DNA of 64,000 bases, taken from NCBI GenBank assembly GCA_965202585.1, contig OZ241833.1, forward strand, positions 19,716,001 to 19,780,000, given 5' to 3'. Each line of letters begins with the position of its first letter. The stretch's first letter is position 1. Shown here piece after piece: positions 49,001 through 61,338 of the stretch. This DNA comes from Thalia democratica. Taxonomy: Eukaryota. Position numbers and translations under genes: made by a program. The notes beneath the pieces were generated by a model. That model worked only from the letters and a program-made list of their open reading frames with translations. It was not told the origin of the DNA and made no database searches.

Positions 49001-52000
49001 AATTATATATAAACAAAAAAGTGTTATTATCTTAATTCAAGTGTTTTTATAAATTAATGTTTTTATATTTCGGTATAATTCAGTCAACAATCACTAAGGT
49101 TTACATACAAGCTCTTATTTTTTATTGTAGCTTAGTTTTAATTGTTTTCTTGAACTACAACGAAATAATTAAATTTAATTTACCAGTTTATATTATAAGT
49201 TTGTATGCTAGTAGTTATACAAAAACATGAAAAAATTATTATAGACTTAGATAATCGTTTTTTATTGTTATTTTCTATTGAGTATTTAACTTAATTTAAA
49301 TCTAGACTAGGGTTTTTTAAACTCATCTCCTTACTTGAAACTTATTAGTATTTCAAAATATTAATTCTAGTGATTTACTCTACGAATCGCAAAAGTTTTT
49401 GAATTTTATACAACGTTTTACCCTCTCAATAAGTAACTAGAAAAAAAACACTTTTTATTTGAGGTTTTTTATTTTCAATGAAAGCAAGTGAATAATAAAA
49501 AAATGTATTAAAAAAATAATAACAAAAGAGTAGATTCCTCAAAATTTTATGAAAAATGACAAACAGTGGTATTACATTTACTTATGTCGTAATTATAACA
49601 CATAAAAAAAAAAAAACCTAACAAAAATTTATACATTTTAGAAAACAACGAACATTGCATTACATTTACAACCCCTTTAATTGAAATGTGAATATATTTT
49701 ATTTTAAAACAGTATTATAAAATAAGTTTTTAAAATGAAGGTAAAAAGAAATTTAATATTCTTTAAAGTACACACATACTTTTAAAAGCATATCTGTAAT
49801 ATTAGTATAACATGCTACTGATAATTCCTTTCAAAAAATTTTGATTGTAACTTTTCATAATTGTTAACAGCAGAATTTTTAAATTATGTTATGAACAATT
49901 TTGCCTTCTGAACTCGTTCATATCATTAAATAAGTTTATTGAACCCGAGAAAGAAATCGAAGCACAAAAATATGTTCAAAGCACCTGGAAGTAACAAAAA
50001 CTTTTTAGTTATTAAGCTACAAGACTACTTTTTTACTTTTACTGTTTTGATCTAAAAAATAAAGAAAGAAATAAAATACAAATCTCTTAACGTTAAAACT
50101 TGTACTGTACAGTTATAATAATGTGTATACATTAAAAAACCAAAGTAAGATATTTAGATCAAAATAACTTAAATTCGGAAATAAATATTAGAACTTTCTT
50201 TTTTCTGAAATTTATAAACTCAATTTATTTAACTGTTTAAAGCTCAAAAGATAATTAAAATCTTTAAAGTTAAGTTCTATGTGCTTGTAGAAAAAGAGTA
50301 AGTCTTTTATCTACTTCAGCCTTTTTGATTTGTACAACAGCAAATATATATTTATACTTATAAATTTAACTTTGAAAAGTTAAACCAACAAACACAAAAG
50401 AAAAGTACACGTAAACTGCTTGCTATAATAAACTCTTATAAGAAAAAAATCGACTAACGTTGTTTTAATTTTTTTACTCTTACAGTAGTTTTAGTTAATA
50501 GCTTAGTCAATGTTTTTGAAGCTTATATATCAAAGACTTTGTAAATATATCCAAAAAGAAAGAAATATTAATTCATTATAAGTAAACTTACTAAGTGTAA
50601 TAAGAGTATAGTAGTAATTGCTACAATCTAGATTTGGCAAAAGTTGTTAGAACCCAACTAGCATACTCATTGAGGACTATCTTAAGGTTGCAGTTTGGAA
50701 GAATGTTTCGAGAAACTTTATAATTATTAGTATAAACATCAGCAATTTCATCTTCATTTTTGATGTCTTCTTCAAAAATAAAAAAATCATTACAAATATT
50801 GCATATTTAAAGTTGTTTTGTTTTAGTAGTAAATAATTAATGTTTTTTTTAATGAAATATTTGAATGATTATTAAGTAAAGGAAAACTTAAGGGACTCAA
50901 AATAAACTTAGAAATATGTTCAAAAACACATTTATGAACTATTTAACAATTTCATTAGTTTTAATATATTTTTTAAGATGAATATTGTTGTAAAGATTGC
51001 TGGTTACCTGAGAAGCATTAGGGTTTTAAGACAATTATATTAGTCTTAATAATATAAAGTTTTGGATCTTATTCTCTAGCAAGCACTTAGGGATACAAAC
51101 ATACAGAAGATTTTTAGTTTTAATTTCATTATTTTTTTTACAAACTGTTTATATAGTGACAAAAAAACCCTCAAAATACTTGGTCCAAGTACCTGGTATA
51201 CAAAAAAAGACTTCTTAGTTATTGAGTCGTACACTATTTGGATACAATTTAATGTCAAATCCAAAAGAGTGTTTTAAAAGTTTCTTTTTTGTCGTTCAAT
51301 AAACAATATAAGTGAGAAACCTGTTTATAATGATATAATCAAAACTACTTTACATTTTTGTTTTCTTCTTTTTGATCTGTATTTAAATGCGTACTCAAGT
51401 AGAAGATAAATCTATGTACAAAAGTAGTTCGAGCTTGAAATTTAAAACAATTGTTAGGTAGAGACCTTTAAGTTATTTACAGCATAAGTCTGTAGACATA
51501 CATATACTATTTTTATTTAAACTAAAGAATACTTTTTCAAGGAAATAAATTTTATTTTGTTGCAATTAAACGCATTATTAACATAAACTTATTGTTAAAT
51601 AAAGTAAATCTTAAAAATTGTCACAAGTGCTATAAAAACTGTTATTACATAATACCTAAAAAAGATCTATTATGTTTATAAATAGTTCATATAACTTCAT
51701 TTAAACTTCAAAACACTTATATATTTTTTTTTAAACACTAGTCAATAGTCATTGAAAAATATCACTGTTAAAAAAAAATTTAAATACTATGGATTTTAAA
51801 TCCTAAAGCAGTGTTTAAAAATACCTAACAAAACACACTGTTCAAAACAGCTATAATATATATTTTTCAAATTTAGTTCTAGGTGCTTTTGTTCAAAACT
51901 TTTTTAAGTCTCTAAAAATATAATAAATGTCAAAAAAAAAATTTGATTTAGCTAAATGTAGGCAAAAAAACATAGATAATAGTACCTTGTGTTAACATTT

Positions 52001-53639
52001 TTTTTGTAATATATTTTTTAAACAAGTCGAAAAAGGAAATTTCGTTTGAAACTTATCCTCAAACAGTTAGTCTATTTTTCATTTTAGCTTTTTCAAGTTA
52101 AGTAAAAAATTTTTGTTTATCTTTACTTAATTTATATTTTACTAGGATTTGAAAAAATTAGTTTAAAAGTTACACAATGTAGTTAAAAATTTTTTGTAAT
52201 GCTTAATACTTTTTCTTGTCTTAAACAAGATTGAAACATTTTGAGTAAGCCTTTTTTTCTCGTTTAACTTATTTTACGGGTCTTAGATATTAGCAGTGTT
52301 TTTATATTTTGATTAGCCAATTTTCGCAAAGTTCTAGTATTGCTTTATAAAACCTTTTTCTATTAAACTATGTGATTTGTATTAGTTTTCAAACTTTTAG
52401 AAATATAAGTTGCTAGTATGTTTCTTAAAAGAGGTTAAAACGAAACAAGCTAGTTAAATATAACAATAACAACAATTTGCAAACACCTGTTTTATTGAAC
52501 TTGACTTAGTATTTAAAAACTATCATGTAAAACTCAATAAAACTATGTTATAAGCTTAAAACAGATAAATGTACGACAGTTAAGTAAAGCAAATACTTTT
52601 TATATTGTTTTAAGCACTTTTATTTATAAAACATTAGATTATTATCATTAGAAACTCGTAGCAAAAACGAATCATCAAAGAACGTTTTGTTTTGTTAGTA
52701 GCGTTTACTACTAAATTAGGTGAAAAGTATTGTCTTTTATTTAAAATTTTTTATACTTAAATGTTTCCATTCTATTTTACAAAGAATTGTAGTACTTTCA
52801 ATTATATTTATAACATAAGGAATCCGCCAAGGTTACCTACTAATCCAGAAACGCCAGATGTTACAATGGATATCTAGATACTTAGTTTAATAGTTTTTAA
52901 ACTTAAAAAAAACTTTCTATGCAATTGTTGGATAATAATTAATTGTTTTTTGCCATAAAAAAAGAAGGTATTATGTGAAAATAAGCTATAAGACATCATT
53001 TTGATTAGTATTTTTTTAATGAATTTTTAAATACTACTGCTACTGAGAGGTGTACAGCATAACAAGTAGCAAATGTTTTAAATTGATTAAAACCGTTTTT
53101 AAGATAAGAAACTATTTTTGGATTATGTAGAGCGGTCCTCCTTTGGCTATTGTTAGAGACGGAAAAAACTGTTCAACTTTTCAAAACATGGTTGCAATGT
53201 GACAGTGTTTCAATTTTGCTATTATGAGTTGTACAACTTTCAAAAAATATGTAACTAATCATTTGAAAAATCAAAATAATTTAGAAAAGCAGTTTGATAG
53301 TGTATTCTAATGCAGGAGTAGAACACTTTGTTAAAATATTTTATCTTTATATAAGCTTTAACGTCAAATAAATTTTAAGCCAGAGTGTAAAAAAATACCT
53401 TAGGTTTACAACAACTTATTTTATCTAAAAGCTAATTAATTTTATATAAAACTTTGTCAATTATCTTAAACTTTTTTTTTTCAAATACATGGCGGTGATA
53501 TTTGAAAGATATTTAGATCTAATAATAGTATCATGAGGCACGTTTAAAAAAGATATAAAGTATATGTAAAATATAAGTGAAATCTAACAAACTCGAAGTT
53601 GCTCAATAAAAGCGGACTAACTTATCTTAAAACCATTGT

Positions 53640-54660
53640 ATAAATGCTGTAATTAACAGTATAAAACTATAGTTTCAGAAAAAGATTAATAACTACTTTT
53701 GATCGAATTTTTAAACATTATTAATTTTGATACTCAATAAAAACAAATATGACATTAAGAATGGACTTGATACAGTTTTTTTTAATTATTAATTTACTTG
53801 AAAAATTATTTATAACTTAATTCTAGCATTCTAACATAAACACATGTGCATCATACTAGATTGAATACAAAATAATTTTGATGTTGATTGAAATTTTTAG
53901 TGTTTCAATTGCTAATCACTGATCCATTACATGAAAATGTTATGCAATTGTTTTTTTTCAAAAATTTATGCAATTCTTTTAGTAACACTTATTATAAATA
54001 AATCTAGATTAGCTGATGAAATACTATACATCTTGTAGCAAAAAATTAAAAAAAAATTTGCTTATATATTAAAGATCATTCTTTAATAGACATGAGTTTA
54101 TGAAAAAAAAAAAGTAAACAACAATCTGCCCATATGACATAATATGACACATATGGCATAAATGCTGTAATTAACAGTATAAAACTATAGTTTCAGAAAA
54201 AGATTAATAACTACTTTTGATCGAATTTTTAAACATTATTAATTTTGATACTCAATAAAAACAAATATGACATTAAGAATGGACTTGATACAGTTTTTTT
54301 TAATTATTAATTTACTTAAAAAAATTATTTTATAACTTAATTCTAGCATTCTAACATAAACACATGTGCATCATACTAGATTGAATACAAAATAATTTTG
54401 ATGTTGATTGAAATTTTTAGTGTTTCAATTGCTAATCACTGATCCATTACATGAAAATGTTATGCAATTGTTTTTTTTCAAAAATTTATGCAATTCTTTT
54501 AGTAACACTTATTATAAATAAATCTAGATTAGCTGATGAAATACTATACATCTTGTAGCAAAAAATTAAAAAAAATTTGCTTATATATTAAAGATCATTC
54601 TTTAATAGACATGAGTTTATGAAAAAAAAAAAAGTAAACAACAATCTGCCCATATGACAT
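53640..54660. repeat. Near-perfect direct tandem duplication (53640-54140 and 54158-54660)
   Basis: The copies differ by one substitution and four 1-nt homopolymer indels; 17-nt junction insert at 54141-54157. Confidence 0.97.
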
Positions 54661-55838
54661 GAACAACTTTTAATGATATGTATATGATAAAAAGAACTTT
54701 TTGCGCATTTTAAAACAATATAATTTTGTCTTAAATGTCTTCAAAATGTGAGATAAATGCTTCATATAGATATATATTAATGTGTAATATTTTTACTTCA
54801 TATACAGTATTCTACCACATAACTCCACCTAGTTTATATCTTAAGTTCAATATTTAGTATAAAAGTTTTACTTTTTTAAATGGTAATTTAAACTAAAATT
54901 AATTTAATTTTTACGTTTTGAAACTATTTGTACTGATACTTTCATACTTAAACTTTGATTAATAAAAGTATATAGCATTTTTTTAAGTCCTAACATTGTG
55001 TCTTATTCATCAAAACTGTTCTTTTTATTTGTAAGTTTGTACAAACTAAATCCGTATCAAAAAACATAATAGACAAGCTAAATGAACATCAGCTAAATAC
55101 ATAAGTTTTAGTCACTTTTCATCGTATCTGCCGTATACCCTCGCATTTTTTACCTGGGTTCAGCATGAGAAGTTACGCGGGAGACTACTGTAATTGCGAT
55201 CATTTCCTTTTTTTTCAATACTTTATATATTTAAAAAAGTCAAAACAGTACAAATAAAAAACAAGTTTAATATTTTCAAGATTTTTTTCTTTAAGTTAAA
55301 AACTTTTACTACTTGTAAGTACTAAGAATGACATAAAAAAGGTAGCTATAGAATATACTAATGGTGTCTTAAAACTTGCATTGAAATATAAATAAATGGG
55401 CGAGTAAAAGGCGTAATAAACACAAATAAATTGCTCAATTTAAGTAACTAAAAGAAAAAAAAAAACTTGATGAAATGTATGTGTGATAAACGTTAAAACG
55501 TGTACTACTAAATAAAACAAAAGCAGCAGTATAAGCCCTGCTACAGCTGTGCAAAACACAATCAAATCAATCTTGTCTTCGAACGTTGAATAGATCATCA
55601 TATAACAAATTGCTTTAACTTTAATTCAAAGAATCTATGAATAATTGTTTTACATGATTTTTTTTTAGTTTTGCTGCTTCTAAAATACAGTGAATCTTTT
55701 TATATTATTTGATTAATCTTTAACAAACATAATACAGAGTTTGCCAAACTGTTGATGCAGTTTTCCGCAGCAGATTTCAAAGTTACAAATTAAATAAATA
55801 GTTCAAATAGTTAAATACTATAAATAAAAAACTAATAA

Positions 55839-55976
55839 TTAGAAGTCCCTGTTCGCCTGCCTTCCCTCGTCCTCAATGTTCTTCCTCTCGTCGTCAGCAG
55901 CTTTCTCCGCTTCGTTCGGATCCCACTTGTCATCGTCCTCTTCTTCCCCCGCATCTTCATCCTCTCCATCGTATAT
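55839..55976 (-). CDS. Acidic/coiled-coil gene terminal coding exon
   Basis: TTTTCAACAG| acceptor; 45 codons plus TAA. Confidence 0.83.
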   Translation of the reverse strand: MYDGEDEDAGEEEDDDKWDPNEAEKAADDERKNIEDEGRQANRDF

Positions 55977-58094
55977 CTGTTGAAAATTTTGTTGTTTTAT
56001 AAAATTTTATACGACAAACTGTTAAATTTATGTCGTAATAACTCGAGGATTATTTTTGTTGACTTGGAATAAAATACTGTTTTTAAATCATGTTTACTAT
56101 CCATTTACTATTTTTTTTGTAGTTTCGTAATTAAATATACTTATTTTTCTATATTTCTACTGTCTCTAACTTAAATATACTCTTATCTTCTTCATCGTAT
56201 ATCTTCAAAAAAAATTATATTGAATAAAATACTTCATGACAAACTGTTATACTCAAGTTTTATGTTTTGCTCTAAGTAGACATAATTTATAAATCATCTT
56301 GGCAGCTAATAGTTCTTCATATTTTTGTAGCTTTATGTTTCTTATAGTTAATATTTACTAGAAAATTAATAAGTAATTTAACTTCAATTAATATTTCATT
56401 CATTTACAAACTCAACTTTAGAAGTAGTTATTGAATTTCTTAAGGACTTGAATTAAAAGAATTAGACCAGCGACTATTACCTCTCGGGCCAAATTCCTTT
56501 GTTTTAGGGGAAAAATTTTCATTATTACAAGCTATGTAAATAAATGTTTATTAATTGTCTTTTTAAATTTTAAGTTAGTATTTTAATGTTATTCTTTTTA
56601 AGTTAAGTAAACTCTGTAAATTTAACAATTTTTTATATAGAACAAGCGTAAAGTTCAAAAAGTTTAGTTTTTTCTTCAAAACTTTACACTATTTTGTATA
56701 TTGCGGGTAAATTTGGTAATTACCTTTCAAAAATGGGTAAAACATGAATAAAAGGTTAAGAACCGCTGTATTAGATCTATTACTATCTAGAACTCAATAA
56801 TATATATTACTTTAATGAAAAGTTTTAAGTTTGCTTAATTATCACCCAAAAAAACAATTACACGTCAAGTTAATTTTTAAATAGCTTAGACAAACTTACA
56901 AAAGCTACTTTTAAAATTTAAAAAGTAATAACAAGGTATATATACTTATAAACTACTAAAGAATAGCTGCATCAAAAGCTCACATATTGTACTTGCTCCT
57001 GTTCGTTTTCTTCAGTTCCGTCTGCCGCGTAATTTTCCTCCAAGTTTTCATCTGACTTAGGCGGGGCGTTGATGAAACTTTCTCCTACTTCCCGGTCACC
57101 GACCGCCGCGACAGGAGGCTCGTTCAACTGAACAACTTCCTTGTCTGTTGAAATCGTTGAAAACAAATTTATGATCTTATAAATTCTTTGTAATAAGCTA
57201 ACTTCGAGTACTTTATGTTTAGAGCTCTTTGTTTCAACGAAAACATATAAAAGGATTAAATATAAATTTTAACCTTCATTTTCAACATCTTTCACTTCGT
57301 TTTCATCTAAATTCATGTCTGCATCTTCAGCTGTTTCTTCACCTGATTTAAATAAAAAAAGGTAAAAAAAAACATAACTTTTGATTTATTTATTTTGATT
57401 GATATGATTTATTTTTATATTTACAAAGAATTAAAATTTATTTCATATACCAAACTACAATTTATTTATACATCATTCAGTAAAAGTTGCTAAACGTTTT
57501 AAACTTTTATTAGCTATATATAAAAAATTATGATTAAAGTAAATAAAATATATCAAAAAATTGGCAGCTTTTGTTTCACAATATTATTTTAATTGTTTAA
57601 CAAATTTTCAAATAAGGGATATTTAAAAGGTAGCCAAAGGTTTTTTGAATACTTTTTCAGGTTTTCAGAATTTCTTTGAGTTTTTTGAGGTTAAAATTAA
57701 GCTTAAAAATGTCTTAGAAGCATAAAAATATTAAGAAAATACTGTAATGGTACTACCAAAGTGTTTAAAATAAACATAAATTTATACTTTTTTAACATTC
57801 CAAGTTTTTCCAGAATACTTTTGCCTAAACTGTCGAAATAATAGTTTTTTCTAGTTTTTTTGGCCCTGTACCTACAAATTGAACATTTTAAATTTATCAA
57901 ATTCAATAAAAACAATGTAACACAATATTTAAAAAGAATATAAAAACTTTGAAAACTACACGCAAACCTTCTTTTTGAAGCTGCTGCTTTTGTTGAAGTT
58001 CCAACAAGTTTGCCTGTTGGTTGTCAGCCAACTGCTGCTGGGCTTCCTGCAACTTTTGTATTTCTTCAATCACTTGGTCCTCCTTCACTACTTC
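55839..58094 (-). CDS. 3' part of a gene for a Gln-rich coiled-coil protein with an acidic C-terminus (weakly reminiscent of GOLM1/GOLM2-type Golgi proteins); 5' exons not found in the window
   Basis: Exons 58094-57968, 57342-57274, 57144-56984 and 55976-55839 splice in frame (phases 0/1/1/0): EVVKEDQVIEEIQKLQEAQQQ...DMNLDENEVKD...EQVQY-IYDGEDEDAGEEEDDDKWDPNE...ANRDF*. The family assignment rests on composition and recalled motifs only. Confidence 0.8.
56149..56202 (-). other. Duplicated copy of the terminal-exon start (alternative last exon or pseudo-exon) IYDEEDKSIFKLETVEI*
   Basis: ATATACGATGAAGAAGAT parallels ATATACGATGGAGAGGAT of the 55976 exon; upstream intron sequence is also similar; acceptor TTTTTTTTGAAG|. 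Confidence 0.45.
56468..56768. mobile_element. hAT/Charlie-like MITE (~301 bp)
   Basis: Right end GGTTAAGAACCGCTG (Charlie-type CAGCGGTTCT..), degenerate left end CAGCGACTATTACC; flanks AATTAGAC / TATTAGAT (6/8). Confidence 0.6.
56984..57144 (-). CDS. Acidic/coiled-coil gene internal exon
   Basis: TTCAACAG| acceptor, TAT|GTGAGC donor; inside track ORF 56972-57166. Confidence 0.83.
57274..57342 (-). CDS. Acidic/coiled-coil gene internal exon (69 nt)
   Basis: AAATCAG| acceptor, AAG|GTTAAA donor; EETAEDADMNLDENEVKDVENE. Confidence 0.8.
57626..57868. mobile_element. Degenerate copy of the CAGGGTTGCCA MITE family
   Basis: Ends AAAGGTAGCCA / TGGCCCTG; internal TTTTGCCTAAACTGTCGAAAT matches TTTTGCCTAAATTGTCAAATT of 58277-58607; flanks TATTTA / TACCTA. 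Confidence 0.45.
57968..58094 (-). CDS. Acidic/coiled-coil gene internal exon (Q-rich)
   Basis: ATACAG| acceptor, AAG|GTTTGC donor; inside track ORF 57903-58088. Confidence 0.82.
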
Positions 58095-58276
58095 CTGTAT
58101 TCAGTATGATAAATTGTGCTATATATCGTAAACTAAATAACTAAGTTTGCGAGAATCCAAAGTAATAACTAAATATAAAATGTTAGATCTTTGATATATT
58201 TTAATAGTTTTTTTGTAAACCTCTTTTAAGAAATACCAAAAATTGAATGTATTATTTTAATATAAGTTGATATTAC

Positions 58277-58607
58277 CAGGGTTACCACTCTTTTTATCAA
58301 AATTTTTTCCAGGTTTTTCAAAGTACACATTTTTGGGTCTATTTTTAGTTAAAAGTTAAGTTTAAGGTAAGAAACTGTGTTAAATAGTATAAAAACATTT
58401 AAAATATACTTTTAGCTACTTTTAATATGTTTTTTTAATAAAAAATTTTTGATGATGACAAAAACTTTTATCTATATGATAGATTTTTCGAGTCAAATCG
58501 AAATTTTACTACTGAACATGTGAAAATTTCTCAAATTCCAGGTTTTTTTTTGCCTAAATTGTCAAATTCCAGGTTTTTCTAGGTTTCCAGGTAAAGTGGC
58601 AACCCTG
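58277..58607. mobile_element. MITE with CAGGGTTRCCAC TIRs and an apparent 6-bp TSD (331 bp)
   Basis: TATTAC|CAGGGTTACCAC ... GTGGCAACCCTG|TATTAC; repeated subterminal CCAGGTTTTT motifs. Confidence 0.85.
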
Positions 58608-58640
58608 TATTACAATATATTTTTACGTTAAGCTTTAAAG

Positions 58641-59553
58641 CAGGGTTTCCCAAACTTTTTTTCTAATGGCCCCCTTCGAGGAAATTTAAAAGGCCATGGC
58701 CCCCTACAATATGGCTTCACAAATTTATATTGTGCACATTTTTTATTCGTTTAAAAACGAATGGGTGCATTCTAATAAGTTCAGCGTAATACCACTGTTA
58801 CTTGAAAGACTATATTTTTGAATTTTTAAGGTGACTCATTCAAATTTTTAATTAGCTTCTAGCGCTGCCATTACATCTGGTTGTAATAAATAATTTTCAT
58901 AGTAACAAAAATGTTGTTTAAATAAAAGCCTCTCTATCACAAAAAAAACTTGGAATAAATACAATTTATTAAATTGAAATGTCTTTGTAAATGTCAATTG
59001 CAACAAATTAAGTAATTTAATTCGTACCTTAAATATCAAATTTAGAAAATGAAACGTTAATCAAAAACATTTTGATATTTTTAATGGTTGTAACATAAAA
59101 ATTGCAAAGAAATTAATATTCTATGGAATGAAAAAAAAGAACTCAAAAATACTTTGTCCAATGACCTAGTATTTGAAAAAACCTTTCGGTAATCTCGTTG
59201 TACACTACTTGGATACAGTTTAACGTCTTGTCCAGGACAATGAAATGATTAGTTTATTTAACAAACATAAAACATAATCGAGTTATAAAATTAGATGACA
59301 CAATTTTCTGGATAGGCAAACTGCTTGTTAGGGTGTTGACTGCTGGATTGTCTAGTTACGTTGCTATAGACTGGTTGATGTGGCTAGTTCGGTTGCTAAA
59401 GACTGTTGAATTTGTACTTAGTTTATAAATCTAGCTATTTTAAATACCTAATTAAGATAACTTAACAAGAAAAAAACAAGTTCAGTCTACTATTCTACTT
59501 AAACTTATCTTAAGTCAGTCTGAGTTAGAAAAAAATCCTGAGTTATCCTAAGC
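58641..59553. repeat. Left arm of the 913-bp inverted repeat
   Basis: Base-by-base comparison with the reverse complement of 61339-62251 gives 4 substitutions and no indels. Confidence 0.98.
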
Positions 59554-59673
59554 CAAAGGGGGGCCCATGTCTAGAAAAGGGGCCATAAGGGAGCCTTTTC
59601 AATTTTTTGCCGTCTTTGAAAATTACGTAAATTTTTGCAACAGCAATTTTAGAATTTTAGTTTTTGGCCCTGG
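59554..59673. mobile_element. Truncated hAT-like MITE end abutting the left arm
   Basis: GGGGCCC/GGGGCCA motifs, ending TTTGGCCCTG; its left part is absent where the arm joins. Confidence 0.4.
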
Positions 59674-61257
59674 GTTTAGATATAAAATCCACTTTGTGTA
59701 AGTATGTTCTAGAAATAGCTTTAGTGCTTAGGTCAGATAACTCAATGTAAAGTTCAATCTATTGCCAATTTTATTTACAGTATATGTTTACATTACAGTT
59801 TCAACCAATTAAATTGAGAAATTTACAGTCTAAAGATGTTGCTTAAAACAAAGTTAAACATCAGCTGCTCAGTTTTTATAAGGTAATGTGAATTATTAGA
59901 TTATTAACTTATCTTATATAGAGAGATAGTTATTTGTGTATCAAAAATGCAACTCCTACTTGATTCAATATGCCAACCAGGCAATCTCATCAAATGTATT
60001 TCAAGTATGTTTTCATATATTTATACTCATGTTTTAGCAAACAATATTTTATTAAAACTTATTGTATTTAAAGGTTATTCTGAATTTACAATATGATGAA
60101 TCAGCAAAAAAAAAAAGTTGTTTTTCATGTTATTTTTTATTTTATCTATTAAAGCTTTATTCTTTGATTAATTTCTAATATGTATGGGTAAAGTGGGATA
60201 GGGATAAGGGTATAAAAAAAATAAAGCTTTAAAAAAAATGTATCTATTCTGTAAATTTGCAAATCAGACTGACCTTTAAGTATACTATTCATTAAATTTT
60301 AAATTGTAAGTTCTTAGAGTTTTTAATAACTAACATTAAATATAACTTTTCAAAATTCAATAATGTGAACAACTTTTTTTTAAATGTAGATTCTTACTTA
60401 AATTAATATAGAAGTTTTTTTTATGGTTGCCCCTATAAGTTATAAAATTGTAACTTTCTAGCATATTGCTAATAAAACTATTATATTTTTATAAATAAAT
60501 GTTGTGTACTATGAGTTTAACTTAGTTTAACTTTTATTTTAAACCAAACCACATTTAAAAAATAATTTTTAGTTACCTTAGTAATTAAGTAGTATGTAAC
60601 ATTCTTAAGTACCACTCTTATTTAATAATTCCAATAAACTCTGACTAACTCTTTTTTTGGTTAGTATGAACCATTTGTTATTCTTACATATGTTGCCTTG
60701 AGCTTATTTTTTGTACAATTTAAACTTAAGATAATTAAGACTTAAAAAAAAAGTCAAAAGTTGTTAACAAAATTAATGGTGTGAGGTTCATTACCAAAAT
60801 GTTTTTCTCCACACTAATCCATTGACCTTTGTTGTAAGTGTTCACATTTTTCTTTCTTACTAATCTTCATCTATTTTTTAAATCCTTACAATAAACTTTG
60901 TATATACTTGTTAGTAATGATAAAAGTGCTAATAACCTATTTTATTTATTACCAGTTATAAATGAGATTTTTTTCAAATCATTTTAAGTATATATGAAAT
61001 AATATAATAAAAAAAACTTAATAATATTTGAAAAGGTTTAAATTTTTTCCCACTGAAACCTGGTAAAAAAATATAAAAGTTTATTTTCACCTTTTTAATT
61101 ATTTAATTAATCTCTTTACTTTACAGTAAATTTGAGCAATATTTTAAAGTTTGGTCAAATAAGTATATACATTTATTTTAAACAAGTCATATGGTGAAAT
61201 TGAATGTTTTTTAATTACTTCTCAGTTTACTTAACATTACACTTAACATTTTACATA

Positions 61258-61338
61258 CAGGATTGCCAAATAATTGGTACACTCAGAATAAATCAGGACA
61301 TTTTGAAACTTTTGAAAATCTAAGAATGACTCAGGACA
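61258..61338. mobile_element. MITE end (CAGGATTGCCAAA, TCAGGA repeats) that continues into the right arm
   Basis: TIR-like start at 61258; TCAGGA repeats on both sides of the arm boundary at 61339. Confidence 0.4.

Noticed and set aside
49871-49994. Plus-strand 40-codon frame after an AACAG| acceptor (..LNKFIEPEKEIEAQKYVQSTWK*)
   Set aside because: No upstream exons and no recognisable family; the length is attainable by chance.
50621-50806. 61-codon minus-strand open frame starting ICNICNDFFIFEEDIKNE (C2H2-finger-like spacing)
   Set aside because: The zinc-binding His residues are absent, and there is no start codon, splice context or continuation; at most a decayed fragment.
55131-55190. 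Possible pogo/Tigger-like mini-element (TACAGTAGTCTCCCGC on the minus strand)
   Set aside because: The opposite end matches poorly and no TA duplication is evident at both ends.
404-57915. Numerous 60-90 aa track ORFs in AT-rich DNA (e.g. 404-616, 1093-1284, 8584-8831, 14499-14681, 19768-20468, 24113-24739, 30096-30287, 38129-38317, 40501-40683, 46190-46399, 51076-51264, 57703-57915)
   Set aside because: They have the F/L/I/K/N/Y-rich composition expected from AT-rich non-coding DNA, often alternative starts, no recognisable motif and no linkable splice sites.
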